Shown piece by piece: positions 54,906-60,000 of a stretch of 60,000 nt of DNA; position 1 is the stretch's first letter, and every line of letters starts with the position of its first letter. Location: IMG/VR virus record IMGVR_UViG_3300025065_000002, one strand, 5' to 3'. Origin of the DNA: a virus. Position numbers and translations under genes: made by a program. The notes under the pieces are model-generated. The model did not search any database, had not been told where the DNA came from, and saw only the letters and a program-made list of their open reading frames with translations.

Positions 54906-55727
54906 TTAATTACACTGCATCTGACCGCCGATATTTTGGCAAACCCCGCCCGTAGATGGAAAGTAAGTCTCGCCAGCGCCCTTATTGTATCTTGTGCCGT
55001 CTGTGCCCCAGCAACCAGCGCCATCGCAATTCACAATAGCACTCGGTGCAGTGTTGTTGATAATAGGAGCGCTGTACTGATAAGGCTGGTCATTACTTGG
55101 TGTGTAATAAGTCGGCGCGCGCACCACGCTTTCAGTGGGCGATGTTTCTAGTAAGGTGTTTTGATAATCATAACGGCTGACATAATCTGTGCTTTGACTT
55201 TCATACTCACCGGCAAAGCTGTCTTGTTCAGAATCAAGCGACGACCTACTGTTCTCTGCCACAAATCTTGCAATTTCTTGCCGACGTATTTCATCATCTG
55301 CTATTTGCTCTTGCAGCCAAGTATCGCTTTCTTGTGCGTAGGTATCTGCAAATCCATCAACCTCATTATCATCGTCGCCATAATTTTCAAGATAGGGGCT
55401 AGACGTATCATCTTGTTGTGGCACATAAACAACTTTAGTTTTTTCAAGCAAGGAGGGTATGACAACAGAAGCAATGATACCTATAAAAGCTATAGAGCCA
55501 ATGGCTATGAAGTATCTTTTAAAAGCGCTCTTTTCTTGATCATCTAATTCATCTTTGGGCATGAAGTAAAAAGCTATGTGAACAAACGGGCTAAAAACCA
55601 CTGCCGCAATAGCCAACAAGGAGCTGTATCCCCACATAATCCTAACGGTTTGAAATAAATACCAAAGCGCGACCACAGTGATGACGATACTTGCAAAACC
55701 TAGTATATAAATAACAACAGCTTCCAT
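54906..55727 (-). CDS. Reverse-strand moron: 3-TM membrane protein with acidic linker and Cys-rich C-terminal motif
   Basis: TM segments are AVVIYILGFASIVITVVALWYLF, LLAIAAVVFSPFVHIAFYF and FIAIGSIAFIGIIASVVIP. The C-terminus is NCDGAGCWGTDGTRYNKGAGETYFPSTGGVCQNIGGQMQCN. The track ORF extends to 55781, but that extension would read through late-motif copy 4, so I prefer Met at 55727. Confidence 0.68.
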   Translation of the reverse strand: MEAVVIYILGFASIVITVVALWYLFQTVRIMWGYSSLLAIAAVVFSPFVHIAFYFMPKDELDDQEKSAFKRYFIAIGSIAFIGIIASVVIPSLLEKTKVVYVPQQDDTSSPYLENYGDDDNEVDGFADTYAQESDTWLQEQIADDEIRRQEIARFVAENSRSSLDSEQDSFAGEYESQSTDYVSRYDYQNTLLETSPTESVVRAPTYYTPSNDQPYQYSAPIINNTAPSAIVNCDGAGCWGTDGTRYNKGAGETYFPSTGGVCQNIGGQMQCN

Positions 55728-55736
55728 GTCCTGCCC

Positions 55737-55750
55737 ACCCCTATAAGGTT
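55737..55750 (+). promoter_or_regulatory. Late-block motif copy 4 (ACCCCTATAAGGTT)
   Basis: The 14-mer is identical to the other three copies and lies 67 nt upstream of the 55804 ORF start. Confidence 0.55.
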
Positions 55751-55806
55751 TTAAGAAACTTAGTATATCCGCCATACTCATCTAAAGTCTAATTGAATTA
55801 TAGGTG

Positions 55807-56988
55807 ATGGTTATGGCATTTGGAGCAATGGGTGGCGCAGGTGGCTCTTGGGATGATGAAGAGAAAAAGAAAAGAGAGCGATTGCGTAACACGAATAGCG
55901 TTCTAGGTATCAGTGGTATTGGTCAGATGGCTAACGAAGCGGCTGCGCGTAACAAAGCCTCACAAGAAATTAGAACGCCTTACAACTCTACGGCAGAATC
56001 GCGTGCCAGCAATGCAGCGCTTCTAAATAAAATAGGGGTCGATCCAACCAACCCATACGTGAAGGGCGTGCCTAAACCCGAACCAGCTAATAACTATCCT
56101 TCTGTTTATGCTGGCAAGCAACAATCAATACCAGAGGAAGCAATATCTGGCACCTACGTTGAGCAGCCACAGCAGACCACACCGCCACGCATCGGCTTTA
56201 ATCCCGTAAATAATCCGCAAGCTATTAAAAATAATGGCTCAGGATTCCGTATGCCAAACGCGCCGCGCCGCACCATGGCTGAACAACAAGAGCGTCAAGC
56301 CTTGCTCCGTGATGCTAGTACCGCACATAAAGGCGCGCAGAATGGACAGCTTACCGCCAGTCAGATGCAGCTACGAGCTGGCATTGTTAGCGCTGATGAT
56401 AAGTATAAAAACGATCAGTACGGCGCACAGCTCGGTGCAGCAAGTCAGATGGCGCAAGCGCAAATGTCGCAAGATGGTGCCAATCAACGTGCCGTCTTAG
56501 GTGAGGCTGGCACCAATGCTCGCTTAAACTCTCAGCTTGGTTTTGATGCGGATAAGTTTCAACAGACAGCCGCCGCAGAACAGCAGAGATCTGGACTTGA
56601 TGCTCGCCGCTTAGATATGGAGCAGGCCAATAATGACGTGGCGAATTTTGCACCGAAGCAGCTTAACGCCTTGTATGAGAAATTCGATGCCGCACAAAGC
56701 GACGAAGATAGAAGCGCAATCGCTAAGCAAATTCAGGCGCTAAAAGGAACAGCCGATAAGAAAAGCAAACCTATTGTTATTACTCAAACAGGTGAATCGC
56801 CATTACCAGGCGACTTGGGCGGCGTTAAGAAAAACCCGTCTATTATTTACGACCCTGATAGCAATGAGTTTATCGACCTACCGAAAAAGGAAATCAACTT
56901 CTCTGATCCCGAAGTCCTTGCCATCGTAGGCAATCGAGATTTAAGTGATGAAGAAATGCAAGCCCAGATTGCCGCCCTATACAGTTAA
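55807..56988 (+). CDS. Gln/Ala-rich internal/ejection-type protein
   Basis: ORF in the track (GTG 55804; ATGs at 55807 and 55813). Composition is low-complexity Q/A/N-rich, and it lies directly upstream of the giant gene. Confidence 0.68.
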   Translation: MVMAFGAMGGAGGSWDDEEKKKRERLRNTNSVLGISGIGQMANEAAARNKASQEIRTPYNSTAESRASNAALLNKIGVDPTNPYVKGVPKPEPANNYPSVYAGKQQSIPEEAISGTYVEQPQQTTPPRIGFNPVNNPQAIKNNGSGFRMPNAPRRTMAEQQERQALLRDASTAHKGAQNGQLTASQMQLRAGIVSADDKYKNDQYGAQLGAASQMAQAQMSQDGANQRAVLGEAGTNARLNSQLGFDADKFQQTAAAEQQRSGLDARRLDMEQANNDVANFAPKQLNALYEKFDAAQSDEDRSAIAKQIQALKGTADKKSKPIVITQTGESPLPGDLGGVKKNPSIIYDPDSNEFIDLPKKEINFSDPEVLAIVGNRDLSDEEMQAQIAALYS

Positions 56989-56999
56989 GGTAAATACCA

Positions 57000-59900
57000 A
57001 TGAGTGATTATAAAGACGACAAAGACCCAGCATTGGAAGCAGCTCGCCAGCGCAGCCAACAGATAGCTCAATTCATTAAAGAGAATCGCGCCGCACCAAA
57101 CAAAGGGATTGGTGGGCATATACGTGACCTAGGATTAACTGCATTATCGGGCGCGGTATCTGTTCCGGAATTGGCTGTTGGTTTGGCTGACATTCCAACT
57201 GGAGGCCGTGTCGGTAAGTTTTTAGAGAACGAGGACGGCGCGTTTGGCTTTCGCCCGGGCGAGGCGAAGGCGGCAATCGCTGGCGCTAAAACAAAACGCT
57301 CGCAAGAACAGTTGCAAGAGTTTACCGATACCGAAGGACTTGGTGGTAAAGTTGGTTACGCACTAAAAAACCCTTCACTAATTACCAATACTGTAGTGGA
57401 ATCCTTGCCGTCTATGTTTGCAGGCGGCGTCATTGGTCGCGGACTAGGTGCAGCTGCTAAGGGCTTATCGCCCGTTGCCGCTGGTGCGTTAGGTGAAGGT
57501 GCAGTCGGCGCTGGCCTTGCCGCTGAACAGATACGTCAGCAAACTGACGATGGCTTATTGACTGGCAAGCAAGCAGGGCTTGCCGCTGCTACTGGTGCTA
57601 CTACCGCAGGCTTTGGTTATGCTGGTGGTCGCCTTGCTAAGAAACTTGGTATCGGTGATATTGATACCATCGTCGCTGGTGGTGGTCGTACTGCCACACC
57701 TGGAAGCGAGATTGTTGGTAGCAACGCCGTCAGCAAAGGTATCGCCAGACGTGCAGCGGAAGGCGCACTTACTGAAGGCTTACTAGAAGAGTTACCGCAA
57801 TCGGTATCTGAGACCATCTTACAGAACGAAGCGTTAGGTCGCCCGCTTAATGAAGGCGTGACCGATGCCGCCGCGCTTGGCTTATTATCCGGTGCTGCTA
57901 TGGGCGCTGGCGCTGGCATGTTTGCCCGTAATCGCAGACCAGAAGACAGAATTACACCCACTGAAGATATGGGGCAAGAGGACGCCGACTACGGTCCAAC
58001 CAATCCTAATAATCCGCTATCTGGCAGAGGTCTTCCTAATCCTACACTATTACTTGAAAACCAAGCAGCGCCGCAACTTGGCTTTCAAGGCAGAGCCAGT
58101 AATCAGTTTAACGCAGGACCAGACGGCGAAGTATTCACAGGCGACCAGTACAATGAGTATCTAGCAGGTCAGCAAGAGCGTGCCCGTAATGCGCGTGATG
58201 CTGGCATGCAGCCTAGAAATTTTGAGGATGTGACGCAATCGCCGCAAGGTTACGATCAGTTTGGCAATGACCCACGCTTGCCAGCGCCAGACGGTACGGA
58301 TTTTACCGCCAGTCAAGACGGTCAGGTTTATGGCCGTGATGATATTAATACCAGGTTAAGCCAAGAACGTGATGCCGCAGCCGAGCGCCGAGCACGCATT
58401 GCTCGCGGTGAAATCTTAGATATAACGCCAGTACCACAAGCGCCAAAACCGTCTGAGCTAATGGGACTTGACCCGAACAAAGGCAGTCTAAGTGCGGCCG
58501 CTGCCATTGCGGTGGACACGGGCGCGAGTTCAGTGGCGGCAGATTTTGAGCAGGCGAGTGCGCAATCTAGTGAGAATCCAGCGACACGCATGGCTGGTTT
58601 GGTTGAAGTTGAAACGCAAGAGCAGCCGACAGGTAGTAAGTGGCTGCAAAGTATGCGCACCAGTCTAGCTACTGCTGATATCGACAACGGCACTTATCAA
58701 GCGCTATCGCAATCGATTGAAGCTGACCCTAAGTCAGTACCAGAACGCGCACGCCTTAAAAAAGCCATTGATGCGCTGCCAAAAAAACCTGAACCTACCG
58801 CCAAAAAGATCGACCCTAAAGCTCGCGTTATTGATGAAGCTAAAGCGCAGTCTGTGGCCTACAACCCTAGAGGTGACAAAATACCGCTACAGTTTGATGT
58901 GGTTGATGCAAGTGAGCTTTTATCTAGCCATAGCAACAACTTTGTAGAAAACCCTGATTACCCGCAGCAATATCAGCCACGCGATAGAGCGGATGCTGGA
59001 TATCAAGCGCAAGTGCTTGATATCGTCAAAAAATTTAACCCCGAACTACTAGGTAAGGATAACTCTGTCAATGCTGGTAGTCCTATTGTTGGGCGTGACG
59101 ACAACCTAGTTGAGTCTGGCAATGGTCGTACTATCGCTATCCGTAGAATGTACGAGTCTGGCAAGGGAGATGCCTATCGTCAATTTGTAAATAAAAGTGC
59201 TGAAGAGTTTGGTCTTGATGCCAATGCTATCAATCAGATGCAGCAACCAGTCCTTGTACGACGCAATAATTCCGATATGGATAGAGAGCAGTTTGCCTTA
59301 CGTGCTAATGCCCCGACTGGCGCAGCTATGAGTAGCAGTGAACGTGCGAAAGCAGACGCTAAGATATTGCCAAACGCTGACCTCCTAGAGCTTGATAGCA
59401 ATGGTAGTTTAAACCTAAAAGGCAGTTATAAATTTACTCAAGCCTTCATCGGCTCGCTTGATAAAAATGAAGTAAATGAGCTTGTACTATCTAATGGAGA
59501 GTTGTCACAGACTGGGCAGAACCGAGTGTCAGGTGCACTACTTCAAAATGCTTACGGCTCATCAAAGCTAACCAAAGCAGTGACAGAAGATATTGATTCC
59601 AGCGCTAAGAACGTGCTTAAAACCTTGGTTGATAAAGCGCCACAAATAACCAAGATTAATCAATCTATTAAGGAAGGCAATCGTGAAGCCGATACTCTAT
59701 CAGAAGATATAAAGACTGCTGCTGAAACTTATATTGATCTTGTGGAGAGTGGCGCCAATATTGACGACTATCTAAATATGGAAGATATGTTTGGAGAGGG
59801 TATTAGCCCACAATCCAAAGAGATTGTCCGAGATTTCTATAGCAATGCACGCTCAGCAACTAGGATGGGGTCACGTTTGCAGGCACGTATTGATGCAACC

Positions 59901-60000
59901 AATCGCGTTAATGCACCCGACTTACTTGCTGACTTTGAAGCCGACGCGCCTAATGTTCTGAGTAATGATCCAGCGCCTACTAATGCTCAAACAGCCACGC
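57000..60000 (+). CDS. Giant polyvalent virion protein, N-terminal part (continues at nt 1 across the circular junction; full gene 57000..59873 + 1..8775 = 11,649 nt, 3,882 aa)
   Basis: ATG 57000 is preceded by an in-frame TAA at 56991 and by AAGG upstream. My manual translation of this frame to nt 60000 found no stop. The ORF track lists no ORF ending in this frame, as expected for an ORF that runs off the window. The frame matches ORF 4..8775 through the 127-nt overlap. The N-terminus has Gly/Ala-rich hydrophobic stretches (SMFAGGVIGRGLGAAAKG..., GLAAATGATTAGFGYAGG). Confidence 0.88.
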   Translation, partial: MSDYKDDKDPALEAARQRSQQIAQFIKENRAAPNKGIGGHIRDLGLTALSGAVSVPELAVGLADIPTGGRVGKFLENEDGAFGFRPGEAKAAIAGAKTKRSQEQLQEFTDTEGLGGKVGYALKNPSLITNTVVESLPSMFAGGVIGRGLGAAAKGLSPVAAGALGEGAVGAGLAAEQIRQQTDDGLLTGKQAGLAAATGATTAGFGYAGGRLAKKLGIGDIDTIVAGGGRTATPGSEIVGSNAVSKGIARRAAEGALTEGLLEELPQSVSETILQNEALGRPLNEGVTDAAALGLLSGAAMGAGAGMFARNRRPEDRITPTEDMGQEDADYGPTNPNNPLSGRGLPNPTLLLENQAAPQLGFQGRASNQFNAGPDGEVFTGDQYNEYLAGQQERARNARDAGMQPRNFEDVTQSPQGYDQFGNDPRLPAPDGTDFTASQDGQVYGRDDINTRLSQERDAAAERRARIARGEILDITPVPQAPKPSELMGLDPNKGSLSAAAAIAVDTGASSVAADFEQASAQSSENPATRMAGLVEVETQEQPTGSKWLQSMRTSLATADIDNGTYQALSQSIEADPKSVPERARLKKAIDALPKKPEPTAKKIDPKARVIDEAKAQSVAYNPRGDKIPLQFDVVDASELLSSHSNNFVENPDYPQQYQPRDRADAGYQAQVLDIVKKFNPELLGKDNSVNAGSPIVGRDDNLVESGNGRTIAIRRMYESGKGDAYRQFVNKSAEEFGLDANAINQMQQPVLVRRNNSDMDREQFALRANAPTGAAMSSSERAKADAKILPNADLLELDSNGSLNLKGSYKFTQAFIGSLDKNEVNELVLSNGELSQTGQNRVSGALLQNAYGSSKLTKAVTEDIDSSAKNVLKTLVDKAPQITKINQSIKEGNREADTLSEDIKTAAETYIDLVESGANIDDYLNMEDMFGEGISPQSKEIVRDFYSNARSATRMGSRLQARIDATNRVNAPDLLADFEADAPNVLSNDPAPTNAQTAT
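58855..59160 (+). other. ParB/sulfiredoxin-fold-like segment of the giant protein
   Basis: Translated segment reads ...DVVDASELLSSHSNNFVENPDYPQQYQPRDRADAGYQAQVLDIV...SPIVGRDDNLVESGNGRTIAIRRMY. The QPRDR and GNGRT motifs resemble the ParB-like domains described in phage and conjugative-element polyvalent proteins. Recognised by eye only. Confidence 0.5.
59874..60000. repeat. Window-wrap duplicate of 1..127
   Basis: Identical to nt 1-127. It lies inside an open reading frame and preserves that frame. Confidence 0.97.

Noticed and set aside
8775-57000. The giant ORF as an N4-like virion RNA polymerase that would read the repeated late motif
   Set aside because: By eye I found none of the T7-like single-subunit RNAP catalytic motifs, and every recognisable segment matches polyvalent-protein modules instead. 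This cannot be fully excluded without profile searches over the unassigned stretches (window nt 130-2300 and 5812-6650). The coordinates wrap the junction.
1-60000. Search for CRISPR arrays, tRNA/rRNA genes, reverse transcriptase, DGR template/variable repeats, retron-like ncRNA and toxin-antitoxin pairs
   Set aside because: I saw no repeat-spacer periodicity and no T-arm (GGTTCGAATCC-like) with a full cloverleaf. No ORF has RT (YxDD) motifs, and no long near-identical DNA repeat pair with adenine-specific differences is present. Protein-level repeats in 50762..52147 and 52149..54836 are ordinary tandem repeats. The RHH proteins have no adjacent toxin candidate.

Overview
The window is a complete, circularly permuted genome of a temperate tailed phage with podovirus-like late gene order. 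Nt 1-127 are identical to nt 59874-60000, so the unit length is 59,873 bp and the window wraps on itself. Because of the wrap, the ORF listed as 4..8775 is only the C-terminal three quarters of an 11,649-nt gene. That gene starts at ATG 57000 and encodes a 3,882-aa polyvalent virion protein. Its segments look like a ParB/Srx-like domain, an LPD1-type HExxH module, two tandem ART-like modules, and a PLxRFG plus membrane C-terminus.

Modules in prophage order:
- attP with an 18-nt tmRNA 3-prime-end mimic, then a P4-type tyrosine integrase and an excisionase candidate.
- A leftward early operon with a DEDDh exonuclease, MazG-like protein, SSB and RecT.
- A lambda-like switch: CI (HTH plus S24 peptidase), Cro-like protein, PL and PR promoters, and GTAAAC-N4-GTTAAC operators.
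- A rightward early operon with two RHH proteins, a Rha/KilAC antirepressor, an O-like initiator carrying five 22-bp-phased iterons, a small DPPH methyltransferase, DUF1064, a dNMP-kinase-like protein and a wHTH protein.
- The late region: TerS, TerL, portal, a six-gene accessory island, scaffold, major capsid, many large repeat-rich virion proteins, one reverse-strand moron, ejection-type proteins and the giant gene.
- A final block with a WDGH/DUF2829 (Tad2-like) fusion, holin candidates and a GH19 endolysin.

A 14-17-nt motif (ACCCCTATAAGGTTCGC) occurs four times, always on the + strand at the head of a late gene block, and is probably a phage-specific late promoter. I found no tRNA, rRNA, CRISPR array, reverse transcriptase, DGR or retron. 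All homology statements come from motif recognition by eye and need profile searches to confirm.
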